Assembly (NCBI RefSeq): GCF_006345805.1
Contig: NC_043015.1
Span: 10,044,001 to 10,108,000 of the forward strand
Origin: Octopus sinensis
Taxonomy: Eukaryota
Length of the DNA: 64,000 nucleotides
Reading direction: 5' to 3'
The position numbers and the translations under genes were made by a program. The notes beneath the pieces are model-generated. The model worked only from the letters and a program-made list of their open reading frames with translations. It was not told the DNA's origin and searched no databases. Numbering within the stretch: position 1 is the stretch's first letter; the number at the start of each line of letters is the position of its first letter. Below, in pieces: positions 39,453 to 52,443 of this stretch.

Positions 39453-41598
39453 AGTGTGTGTGTATACACATATATTTATATTAATATATATATATATATA
39501 TATATATGTGCATATAAAAATATACGTATAAATATATATACATATGAAAAAATATATATGTATTGTATGCATATGTGTTTATATGTACGTATGTATTTAT
39601 ATATGTATATCGCTTTGTGCATGGTAGATATTTCCACCGGATTAGAGAACGTCTCTCTGCTCTATTCCGTTTCTACAAATCGACATGAACAACAATGGCA
39701 ATGCAAACACGAGCGAATGCCCTATATATTATGAAATCCAGTTTTATAGGTTGATAAAGGCATTGCCCTGACAAAGTAGTTTCCACACAGGAGGAAATGC
39801 TTAACACCATTTAATCCGTCATTACCTTTTCAGTTGAATTATACACAAAAGTCTACTTTCTTTGCCATTCTTTCGGAGTAAATGAAATATGCATCAGTTG
39901 GGCATTGTTTTCGATATAGTCGACCTACACTATTCCTCCAAACTTCAGTGATGGTGCTTAGTAAGTACTATTACAGAACTATAAGTTGAGAGCTTTCAGA
40001 ATTCTTATCTACAAGGCAAACGCTTAACGACTTTTCTGCTCGCATTTTACGATCTGAGTTCAAACGCTACCCAGGTATATTTTACATTTCATTTTCTTTG
40101 GTTCATTAGAATAATAAACATTTCTGTTACTGCTATCGATATAATTGCTTTCTTCATTTCCATAAAATTGATGGAATTCTGCCAAAATTTTAAAACAAAT
40201 ATTAGAAATTGTTCTTGGAGAAAAATATTCCTTATTCATATGAACTCATTATTGAATAGAGATTTACCTTCTAAGTGTAAATATTACTAATGAAACAGCA
40301 GGTGTTCAGAGTTTATTAATCTCAAAAATATTTATTAACACAATTACAATGCCAAAGCGTTTTATTACATATGATGACAGTGTCAAAAAAGTTTTACTTA
40401 AGTATTGCTGAATGTACAAATCAATGAAAATCTAATTAGGATTCAATAATACTTATACTCGTTAAATATCCCTATTTCTAAAATGCTGCAGAGAATACAA
40501 CCTAACTGCTTCTGTAGAAATTATAAATGCTATACGTGTACCTTCGTAAGGAAATGGTTTATACAGTATTGACAAAAGAATAGAATATTACAATTTCCCA
40601 ATTAATTGCCAAGTACCCGAATTGTACTTCATGTATCGATCAGTACCTGAATATTATGTATTTGAGCGTCTTCGTATTAATATATCAAATATTCCGGTAA
40701 TATAATATTCCCGGTAATACCCTATACTACTTCCACTGTATCTTCTATAAACTATAAACTCAATAATCTTTTCGTCCACAATACTAAAATAATTTTTTCG
40801 ACAGAAAATTAACGGAAAAAACAATTCAATGCTCATTGGATTTAGAATATAAGGGGATGTGTGTATCTGTCACACTATATTTTATATATGACACTAATAT
40901 ATTTAATGTAGATAGAGTGAGAGACAGCCAGGCTGTATATATATGTATATATACATATATATATACAGAGAGAGAGAGAGAGAGAGAGAGAAAGAGGGTT
41001 AAATAGATAGATAGACATCATCAAACCCTATGACTTCTAGTCTTCATCCTTAATTCACTTTTCAACCATATTGAATAGTTCATCCAAAAAAAGTATATCG
41101 AAATATGTGCGGTCAAAATGGGAAAGTCAATATATTCTTTCATTTTAGAAGAGAAGTGTAGGTTAACTACGTTTTTAAAAAAATGCTACAAAAAACGCAG
41201 TTTGGCTTCAAGTGTGTGAAAAAATGTAAATAATCTCCAGAATTGACTTTGAATCAAAATATCTCAGCTATTGTAAAAGAAAACTATAAAATAACGGTGC
41301 AGAGATGAAAGAGTTCTATGAGATGAATCTTATGGTGAAAGCTGCGTTAAAATATATTGCCTACAAAATACTTGTGTCGGTTCAAGTGACAAAAATGTGT
41401 TCATTGTAACAAATGAAAATGTCTTCGTCGTTTTAACATACTTAGCATCAATAAGAGACAGTATACAATGTTAATGATCACTTAGCTTAATAGTAGAAAA
41501 CGCTTAACTGAAATTTGAGAGATGCGATAGCTCGACACTCTGTAGCAGCTTACTGGTCACTTTATGTCCGAATTCAATACCTATACACACACACACAT

Positions 41599-41631
<33 letters not shown>

Positions 41632-41674
41632 CATATATATACATATATATATTTATATATATGTGTATATATAT

Positions 41675-41880
41675 AAAGTTAATCCAAACATGAAAACACC
41701 AAGAGAAAACACAACAACGCGAGGACGTGGAACGAATATAGTATTATTGGACGCTCAGGAAGGAAGGGAAGAAGGAGTGGTTCGAGCGGAGCTCTTCGTG
41801 AGAAACATAGGAAAAGGAAAGATCCAGAGAAGGGAAGACGGAGGAAAAAATCGCCAACGGTACACACGCGGTCACATTTT
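41675..41880 (-). mobile_element. Short (TA)n-embedded element with a degenerate hammerhead-like motif (copy b)
   Basis: Bounded by (TA)n on both sides and homologous to 21612-21830. Minus-strand motif at 41781-41802: CUCACGA A GAGC UCC GCUC GAAC. Confidence 0.6.
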
Positions 41881-41882
41881 GA

Positions 41883-41923
<41 letters not shown>

Positions 41924-42450
41924 TAAGGTGTTAAGTGTGCACACGCCGACTAGGTTTACAATGGAATACAATGTAAGCTATATATTTTTTTTACTCTCCT
42001 AATGAAAATTACAAAAGTTGGGAGACCACGCATGTAAATAAATATAGACGGGAAATGTGAGATCATACAGATGTATATCCTTCTCAGAGCTTTGTCACAA
42101 AAAATTACAACACCCATGATATAATTGAATTATTCCTCGGTAAACAATATCTGTGCTATTCAAAGCAGAATGGAGAATGTGGTATATTTCACTACCTAAT
42201 AAAGGTACTCAAGAGTCATAATCAGGTGTGTTGTGTGTATTGACGTAGATATACGTATATATACTCATGTATATTCAGGCAAGAATTGGCAATTAAATTG
42301 AATCTAACATCCAAGGAAAGATTCACACTTCTTATACCTATTAATGCACAAATGCTCACACACCGGCAGGTGCGCTATTTTTCTACACTCATAAAAACGC
42401 ACCTTTTGTAATTGAATCAGAAATGATGTGTTCGAACTGCAAACATAGGC

Positions 42451-42860
42451 GCAGGAGTGGCTGTGTGGTAAGTAGCTTGGTAACCAGCCACATGGTTCCG
42501 GGTTCAGTCCTACTGCGTGGCATCTTGGGCAAGTGTCTTCTGCTATAGCCCCGGGCCGATCAATGCCTTGTGAGTGGATTTGGTAGACGGAAACTGAAAG
42601 AAGCCTGTCGTATATATGTATATATATGTATGGGTGTGTGTGTATATATTTGTGTTTGTCCCCCTAGCATTGCTTGACAACCAATGTTGGTGTGTTTACG
42701 TCCCCGTTACTTAGCGGTTCGGCAAAAGAGACCGATAGAATAAGTACTGGGCTTACAAAGAACAAGTCCCGGGGTCGATTTGCTCGACTAAAGGCGGTGC
42801 TCCAGCATGGCCGCAGTCAAATGACTGAAACAAGTAAAAGAGTAAAAGAGTAAAAGAGTA
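42451..42860 (+). mobile_element. tRNA-derived SINE, family 1, full length
   Basis: A-box GTGGCTGTGTGGTAAG, B-box GGTTCAGTCC, internal (TA)/(TG) tract, and (GTAAAAGA)n tail. Confidence 0.9.
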
Positions 42861-45800
42861 TGTAAGCACATAACCATCCATAATTTGCACAAAAATGTTT
42901 CCTCTGCACTCGGGCGAATGAAACGTTATTCCTCCGTGGTCACATCTAATCATTCGATATATGGCAGTATCGTAATGACTTCACAGAAACAACACACACA
43001 TATATATTTTTGTTAAAGTTGTCTGTTCAATTTATCATTTATATTTCTTCCTCTTGTATCAACCTAAATTAATGTAGGAGGTCTGAACGCTGAAACGTTA
43101 TTTTAAAGCATTTATTTCATTTTCAGTTTTATTTATAATTACTACTTGTCTTCACTTTCTCATGTTTCTCTGTTGATAGGATTGTTGTAAACGTTATGTC
43201 TATATTTATATAACTATATATACATATAGACGCACATATGTGTAGAGCATAGAGGAGAGGAGATGATACATGTATATGTATTCGTATATTTTGCGAAGCA
43301 TTCTGCCTATATGTAGCTGCATTGGTGCGTGCGTGTGTGTGATGTCGCCTGACTTTTTAAGATAAATTGGATGATACTTAGATATTAAATGCATTCTGTA
43401 TTCATTCCTATTCATATAATTACTCAGATTGTATTCACCTTGGCATCTTTGCATTCCGAGTTAATTAATTTCGTGTATCCATCTCAATTAATGTGATACC
43501 ATTAGTTCTTAAGAATTTCTTCATTACGTAAATCTTCAATAGCTAATTACTTACGGCTAATGAATACAGCAATGAATGCCTCTAAAGACTATCAGATTGT
43601 CCTGGCTTCCAACAAGCTTCTTAATGAAATACAATTCACAATCAAAAGCTTTTACTTAGTCAATGATAAACTAAGTTTCGCATCAATTTTATAGTATTTC
43701 GACTTCCTATTTCCAAACAGTTATGAAAGGCAGAGAAATTCTGTTTATGTAGAGATTCAATAGGGTATGAGTTTAATATAACATATAATATAATTATATT
43801 AATATCATTCGAGTACATTCCGCACGAATTTAAATTTTTTAACGACACAAATAATTCTATTCGTTGGGAAACAAATTAATAATTAGATATTTCTATTGTG
43901 TATCAAATAAATGGCAGTCTAGTGAAACGTGTCTGTATTGAAATCTCATTAAATACTTGAGTTATCTATTTAGATACGTTTAAGGTACGAAATAATATCA
44001 CTAATCAATAATACACGTTACTAACCTGCGTTAATATGCACAAATTCATTATTTTCCTTCTCTAATTAATTGAAATGTGGTTTTGCTGGGAACGGTTTTA
44101 TTGACTACATTTCATTTCTATCTTTAGATTTATACATACAAGATCGTACTTTGTTTATCGAAAGACTATAGTAGGGTGTCATCAAAATTGTATACATTCA
44201 CCCGATTTCAAATTGCTTCCACCAAGAAAGACTATTTTAAGTCAAATTATATCGCATATATAATTTTTTTTAAATCTTACTACATTACCTATGAGGCTAC
44301 TTTCAAATTATACATGTCGCTGCGTTTCTGTATTGAAATGTATACGTGTTTACGTATGCCCCATGCTAACGTCAGTGAAATATTCTTGTCACAGTAATAT
44401 TTTCCCTATCAAATAAGGTAAGCCTGAGTGTACGGAATTCTAATAAATTACTGATAGTGATCTTCAGCAGATAATGGAGCAAATTTGGTCAGTTTTAACA
44501 AATATGTTGTATATTATTTTAAGAAGGTAAAGAGGGAATAGTCATGATGTCACCTTTTTTTCAAATAGGCCAAGCCTCATGTATTTGGCGACCCGTATAT
44601 TACGATTGCGATCACATTTGAAGTAGATGTTTCACCGTAAATTTGTCGACCTACAGTCTTTGAGGCAGCATATGTCGATACCTCTCTACTTTACTCACCA
44701 CAGCCCTCGTTGGTTTGGCATATTATTCAAAGATCAAATTCAAAGATCAAATATTATTCAAAGATCAAATTCAACAGATGAATAAAAGGTCTCCCGTGGG
44801 CATTGTGAAATAGCCCTTTTCTAGGATTTGGTACGCTTTTCACAAAATATTTGCTATTGTCGCTGTTTCAGTCAGAGATGCGCTACGAAACAAGCCAATA
44901 AGATTACAACTTCACTATATATGTACACTAGAGTAAGACTGTATTTAATCTGGCTTCTATCTGTTAATTTTAGATCACATAAAAATGTCAAACGGACTTC
45001 GATAATAATTAATGGTTGACTGAAATACAACCATTATTTGTTCTGCCTCGCTAGGATTCTTTCCGTTTACTTCGTTTTCATATATGAAGGCTAGAGCACT
45101 TCGCCCAGGGTTTGTGGGCTTAAAATGATTTGTTCTTGACCGACAGTAAAAGAGCATTTAAGACTTCCTGTAGGGGATAATGGATTTCAATAACAAAGCT
45201 CCTCGAGCGGTGCATAGGTTGATGAGACAGCATAAAACGCATTCGATCAGCGTCTATAAATTTCTGGTTCTTGACTTGTTTCATGTAGCTTTTATTAAAT
45301 GCTAAGAGGTGCTGTTATCACATGAGGGGGTGGACCTAGATGTCAGGTGTAACAAAAAGGGAGATGGAGCCATTGCTCTTTTTCAGAAGGATGAAACTTG
45401 CTTTCTTCTCTTTGTTCGATTGATATGGTAGTTGCATCTAGATAAAAATGCTCGAGGATAGATATTTCTTCTGGTTAGGACAAACATTTAATGATCTTTT
45501 ACAAATACTAGTTTAGGAACTGTGTGATTATATTGAGAGCTGTGATTCTCTCAGTAAATATCTTAGATGGTAGGCTAGAGGAATAAACATACTACTCATT
45601 GTAATGTCCTGACTGGTTCTTGTTAGGTGGCTTCTATATATTTATCTTTTATAATCTATGCAGACTTTAGACTTCTGTGGCGAAAGAAAACCGAATGTTA
45701 AGAGATTTCTCACAGTATTGATTTAATAATGTATGAAATATATCCGGATATATTTGCGTTTGTTCATAATGCTTATGTTATTATAATAAACAAATCTGAC

Positions 45801-47209
45801 ATTCAATATAATATTGCATTTTCGTCTCCCTTATAGGTGAATATGTCGCTGCTTTTCGTAGATGTGTATATCTATGATACACTTTAAAGCGATAAAGATT
45901 CAAGCTCTAGTTTCATTATCTTCGGCACCTTTCTAGGGGAAAAGCATGATCAAAATCCATCAGAGGTTTGCGATATAAGCCGTAATCTTTCACAGCATAT
46001 TAATGTAACCACTGGATTGTCATAGCGATAATTATATACCAAACGATACCTTAGCAACAGAAAGCATTTTTAAGATATCCAACTTAGTAATTCAACATTT
46101 CTGTCATATTTGAGATATGAGGATATGAACACCTGCGCTTACATTTACAGCAGCAACTATAGCAACAAATAAAACATGCATAACACACTCAACAACAAGA
46201 ACAATAGCGATAATAACAAAAATAAGGGGAAAAGCAACAAAATCAAGACAGAAACGATTTGAGTGTGATCGTAGGAAAAGTAATGGAATCGTTCTAAAGT
46301 TGTTGCATTCAAAATTACAATGGTTACACATTCGACCTCGAGTAATGGCACTTTCAGCAGCAAAGATGTTCCCACCTTAAAGGAAATGTTTTATACGAGT
46401 ATCACAAATATGTGGAGGGTAAGCTGCTGCAAGGTCTAAGGTTTAAGCTTCAGTTAGGGTCATAATGAAGAGTAAACATTAGAACGGAACAAACACATTT
46501 AACAGCGATGACAAATCCTGAAGACTAACTGCCAACACACACTAGTTAATTACATGTGCCTCGTCGTGAATATTTGCAGACCTAAAACGATTAGTAAAAC
46601 CTGTTACGAATCAACACTCGCGCGTGAATGAAAGCAAGATATAAAATATAGTAAAATTCTTATATTCATTCACAATTTTCTGTTATATAATTATAATTCG
46701 GTATATTGTTCTGTTGAACTTGTTTCATGCAAACGACTTGAGATAGACGGCTGAGAGCTTTTGTAAATAAGGTGTGAAATGTTTACTAGGCGATACGAAT
46801 AGCGTCAAAGATATGTCGATATAGAGCGATATGTTGTGAAAGCAGTGTATTTTAATTGGAATAAATCTTCTGGCATTGGTGATAAATCAGAACGCCATTG
46901 ATAAGTAATACAAAGTGGTTAACTGGAAATTGTTCAAGAAAATAGCGATGTCTGGTGACCTTCATATGTGCAAATACACACGTAAATACATAGCAAAATA
47001 TGTAGATGTATCTATGTGTATAAGAATCTATGTTTCTACCTATATCTTTACAACTATCTATATGTATCACTCTCTCTTTATCACATTTTTTTATATTGTG
47101 AGTATCTGCAGGTCTTATATGTGTATGCTTATGTGTGTGTGTGTTTGTGTGTGTGCGTGAGTGTGTGCACGTATGGGTCGGTCTGTGTGTATATGTTTAT
47201 ATGTATGTA

Positions 47210-47262
<53 letters not shown>

Positions 47263-47887
47263 GTGTGTGTGGTGTGTGTGTGTGTGTGTGTACGAACGCA
47301 TGTATGTAGGCACGTATGTATGTATAGTTTTTCAGCATATTAATATTCCTACATCCATATAGAACGCTCCTACTACTGGACACTTCCCGGAACAGGGATT
47401 GAATTTGGTTTGGCGTCAGTGTTGCTTCAAATATACTGGTCGGAATTCCATAGACTGGATGGCTGAAGATGATTTTTCACAATTAGTTTTCCACATTCTG
47501 TGCTTATCTCTAAATGTGTTGGCCTATATCTATTGTCTTTTATTGTAAATGAAAATGTAAATTACCGATGCTTTAGAAGAATTCCTTGACAGGGGTTTCA
47601 ACAGTAATACTGTAATTGTAATAAACAAATTTACCCGTTACTTACTCACAAGGTTCGGGTAATTTTATTGCATAACAAACATATTAATAGCATGTTTCCT
47701 ATAAGCAAACGCTCGAAATTTTGAGGGTGGAAATGGTCCCAATGAGCAACGTCAATTTCAGCGCCACCATCATCGTTATAATCAACAGTTCTCGAGTCAA
47801 GCGATACAAGAAATACATTCATCAACACCAACATACTATTTTTTTCCATTCCGATCACCCAGACGGCGACCAACACTACCACATATA

Positions 47888-48055
47888 CTGATTTCAAATT
47901 TTGGCACAAGGCGAGTAATTTCGCGGAAACGGGGTAATTAGATTGCACTGAACCCACTGCTAGTAATTTTATCGACCTCGAAAGGGTGAAAGGCTAAATC
48001 AACCTCGGTATACTCAGAACGTAAAGCATTTTCACTTGCTTGCTAAGTATTTTGC
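47888..48055 (-). mobile_element. Degenerate family-2 SINE
   Basis: TTTTGGCACAAGG...TTTTATCGACCTCGAAAGGGTGAAAGGC.AA.TC.ACCTCGG...ACTCAGAACGTAAAG. Confidence 0.7.
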
Positions 48056-48608
48056 CAACTGGACACCTTAACACTATCAGATATATTAACATCTCTTTAT
48101 CATCTGTACTACAGCACATCACCTATACAAGCGTTTCTAACAGAATGTCTTGCGTCTTTCTACATGCATACATACTCTGAGCGTGCAATGCCAACCGACG
48201 TCCTAAATTCGGTATTGTTTCTATTTGTGTTTCTATTGCAAATATTGTTTTTGTCATTTTCTTGCATTAAATGTGTATAACCGTAGATTTACTACCGGTT
48301 TTGTACTCAGCGTTAAAATGTCAATTCTATGTATTAAACATTGAAGTTGTTTCTCTTTATAATCTCACTGTCCTACCAACAGGTACGTTACAAATCATAT
48401 TTCAGGTTGTAATTTTCTATTATTTTCCTCCTTGCATCAAAAAATATTATGTTTTTATCTACATATATGAAGCACATATTCATACATAAAAATACATTCA
48501 CACACACACACAAATACACACATATACATAGAGAGCGAGAGAGAGAGAGGAGAAAAATTGCAAATTATATTGATCAAACGAACGATAGCTAGATAGCTGG
48601 ATATAGCT

Positions 48609-48651
<43 letters not shown>

Positions 48652-48859
48652 TAGATAGTTAGGTAGATATAGATATAGTTAGAGACATATATGTACACAA
48701 AATTACAAGTGCAACGTAACCCCAGCATCGGCACCGTATGTATGTGTATGTGTGTGTGTGTGTGTGTGTATGTGTGTGTGTTTTATAATGTAGATAGGCA
48801 TAAAATCAGAGCTGTATCATCTTGAATCTCGCCTTCTTATTCGTTGGGTTCATGTGGGC

Positions 48860-49695
48860 TACCCGTAATTTGTTTGCGATTGAGCATGGTGTGTGGTTGG
48901 GGTTTGTTGTATTAGTGAGTGGTTTCCTGTTATTTGGCTGCTTATAGGGTGATTAAGGTTTAGGTATTTGATTCTTTGTTTAAATACTGCTTTCCGTAGT
49001 GTGGAGTTATAGGTTTCTTTATGTCTGTTAAAGATGTCTCCGTTAGAAGAGAGGCGTGAAATTCTATTACTAGTGCTATGTACTAGGCTACTCTTCATAA
49101 ATTTTGGGTGTTTACTTGCAGTGTTTATGTATTTGAGGTTCGTGTTGGGTTTCATGTAGGGTTCATAGAGTCCTGTGGTTAGATGGCAGGTTGTGTCTGT
49201 TCCTTTTCAATAGAGATAGATTGTCCAAAACATTTGAAGAATTTATGTAGCTTTTATTGATAAGCTCTAGTTTCCTATTTGAGTGTGAATTAATTATGAA
49301 GAGAGCGTCGTCCATGTAGGGTCCACGTTTGAGTTCCGGGAATTCGTCCTGTATGCGTGATAGCAAATAGATGTCTACCAGATCAGTTATCTGTGCTGAA
49401 TCTGGGGCTCCCATGGGGATATCAAAAGGGGTTTCTTTACGTACCCAGAGTTTATTATTAAAGCTAATAAGTGATATCCTCCCTTCTAATTTTACATTTA
49501 TTTCCTTCATGTTCAATTGTGTGTGATTTGTGGCATATATCAGGTCTTCTAGGTTCCTCTGGTAGCTGTGATCCCTTTGTGGGTGTCGCTTGAACTTTAG
49601 CCTCGTTATTGTATCCTAGAGTTCCTTTTCAAAGGCATCTACGTGTCTATTTGTTGGGGGTGGTTTTCTTGTTTTGAATACTCCTTTGATGAATT
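48860..49695 (-). mobile_element. Decayed Penelope-like element, RT core and thumb with internal deletions
   Basis: ORFs read PFDIPMGAPDSAQITDLVDIYLL...GPYMDDALFII (RT motifs; MG..D.A...DLV and Y.DD) and KPNTNLKYINTASKHP...SNRISRLSSNGDIFNRHKETYNSTLRKAVF, typical of PLE RTs. Confidence 0.8.
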
Positions 49696-49697
49696 CG

Positions 49698-49768
<71 letters not shown>

Positions 49769-49770
49769 TT

Positions 49771-50008
49771 GTGGAGGCGCAGTGGCCCAGTGGTTAGGGC
49801 AACGGACTCGCGGTCGTAGGATCGCGGTTTCGATTCCCAGACCGGGCGTTGTGAGTGTTTTTTGAGCGAAAACACCTAAAAGCTCCCCGAGTCTCCAGCA
49901 GGGGGTGGTGATCCTGCTGTACTCTTTCATCACTTTTTCTCTCACTGCTTCTTCTGTTGAGCTGTTCGCTTAGCCAACGGGGTGGCGTCATTCGAAGGTT
50001 AAAACAAT
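49771..50008 (+). mobile_element. tRNA-derived SINE, family 3, 3'-truncated
   Basis: GGAGGCGCAGTGGCCCAGTGGTTAGGGC...GGTTTCGATTCCCAGACCGGGCG. It stops at AAAACAAT, where the 39081 copy continues into its tail. Confidence 0.88.
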
Positions 50009-50011
50009 TCT

Positions 50012-50619
50012 TCCACTACTCTAGGGAACAATATAAGTGTCCTTGAACGCTTTCATCAGACATGTCTGAGACACATTCTGAATTTTTGATTGACCTTGAA
50101 ATCTCCAGACACACAGGTTCAAAGGACAGGTGATAGCTTGAGTATTTGACGCGATTGTGCACAAGCACCGGTTATTAGAATTAATAATAGCAGGATCCCT
50201 AAACAGATGCTATATAGGGAACTTGTTAATAAAAAGAAACCCCGACAGAAATTTAAGGGCTGTAATTTAAGGGCTCTGTCATGACTTCATTAAAGGCCTA
50301 TGGTATGCATGGGACTGTCTGGGAGAGCAATGCTTGCCATCGCCACAGATGGCGAAAGCAAGTTAAGAAGAGATCGACGCTTTTGTGAGAGCACGTATTC
50401 TGCAGGAAACAATTAAGTGTGCTGCTCGGAAGCGCACTGCTATTGTAGTGAATGGGGAAAGATTGGTTTGCAATGTTTGGAGTCGGCTATGCTTCTCAAG
50501 ACCATGGCTCATTAGCCACCAACGGAGCTGCAAATGCAAAATATAAGTTGGTCCTAGTGCGCACAATGTTCTTGAAGTTGAGTAGTTGTCTTCCTCGGTC
50601 ACGAGTGGACAGCCATCAT
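50012..50619 (+). mobile_element. 3' fragment of an RTE-clade LINE
   Basis: Frames read VLERFHQTCLRHILN / SRIPKQMLYRELVN / RWRKQVK / IDAFVRARILQETIKCAARKR / CNVWSRLCFSR.WLISHQRSC (decayed C-terminal C2H2-like finger); ends GGACAGCCATCAT. Confidence 0.82.
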
Positions 50620-50655
50620 ATATATTATAGATAGAAGTGTATATATATATATGTG

Positions 50656-50723
<68 letters not shown>

Positions 50724-51209
50724 CGTTTGTATGTATATCATGGGCTTCTTTGTGTTTACGATTTCGAAACCTCTCCCGTTATTCTGTTGAAGTACTGCAG
50801 AAGACTGATGGTTGAAATACAAGAGAAGCGGGGTGATTGGAAATAGACAGAAAACGAATGTGTTAATATATCTTCATAATAAAGATTTTGTGTTTATTGC
50901 TAAGATGCAGAATATTCAAAGCATAAACTTACTTTAGACTTCTCCCCACTGCGCACTGTACAACTAGATACCTATGACGTGGAACACTACGCTATCGATT
51001 TCAATTTTGGAATATGTCTGTAAAATAAGGAAAATTGCGAAAATATTTACAAAAGTATTTGCTCTCTATATATTTCTTGCCCCCTCCGCATTCCCCACTT
51101 TTCCTTACCTTAATTGTAAATATATCATATGTCATTCAGGACTTTTCACTACCAGGCTTGTTGAAAAGATAGGGATATATGAACGTATATATAGGTATAT
51201 ATATACATA

Positions 51210-51287
<78 letters not shown>

Positions 51288-51356
51288 ATATATATATACA
51301 GAGACAATTTCCTCTCTCTCTCTCTCACCTTTTATATATATATGTATAAATGTATG

Positions 51357-51393
<37 letters not shown>

Positions 51394-52191
51394 GTATGTT
51401 TACAGGTGCCAATCAAATTTCGTTGCACAATTCTCCTAAAAGGCATCAAGGAACCTCATCACAGAAGCCATTTCGTTTACTTCTGTTAAGCTGATAAAAT
51501 ACTAACTGTCAAGAAAAAAATCAGCAAAAGCAGCAGAAAAAACTGGAAGACATTTGCAACACTATTTTAGTATCATAACATTAACCACACGGTATACAAT
51601 TACGAGTTGGGAATATATTTAAAGAGTGTGTGTGTGTATACACATATATATATATATATACACATACACACACAATCAGACACACAACACACATACATAC
51701 ACATACACACATACATACACACACACACATATACATATATATCATATGAACTATGATGTAGACCAGCTTAAAATTTGTGGAACTGCATTGCGTTCCATAT
51801 ACATATATTTGTGAGCTTTTTTTGAGAGTATTGTTTCTCAGCACTTTCCGCCGTGTGTATACTTGAATATACATACGCTTATATAGACGCGTTTAGTAAG
51901 ATTGTTATACGCATGCATACAATGGATCTATCTATATATATGTAAATATATATATATATATATACTATATATATATATATAATATATATATATATATAAT
52001 ATATATATTATATATATATATATTATACATATACATATATAAATGTGTGTGTGCGTGTGTTTGTAATGTGTGTGTGTAATTGTGTGGGCGTGCGTGCTTG
52101 ATTTTTGGGGGATGTGTATGTACGTGTGTGCATGTGGGTCTTTGTGTATGTCTATCTAGAAACATATATATATGTATTTATATATACAAGG

Positions 52192-52264
<73 letters not shown>

Positions 52265-52319
52265 TATATACATAAATATATAAATGTACATATATTATAT
52301 ATATGTATATATATACATA

Positions 52320-52350
<31 letters not shown>

Positions 52351-52367
52351 GTCTATATATATATATG

Positions 52368-52443
<76 letters not shown>

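Noticed and set aside
42451-42525. tRNA-like heads here and at 30023, 39320, 49771 and 60362
   Set aside because: They continue into SINE bodies and lack a complete cloverleaf or acceptor stem, so they are not tRNA genes.
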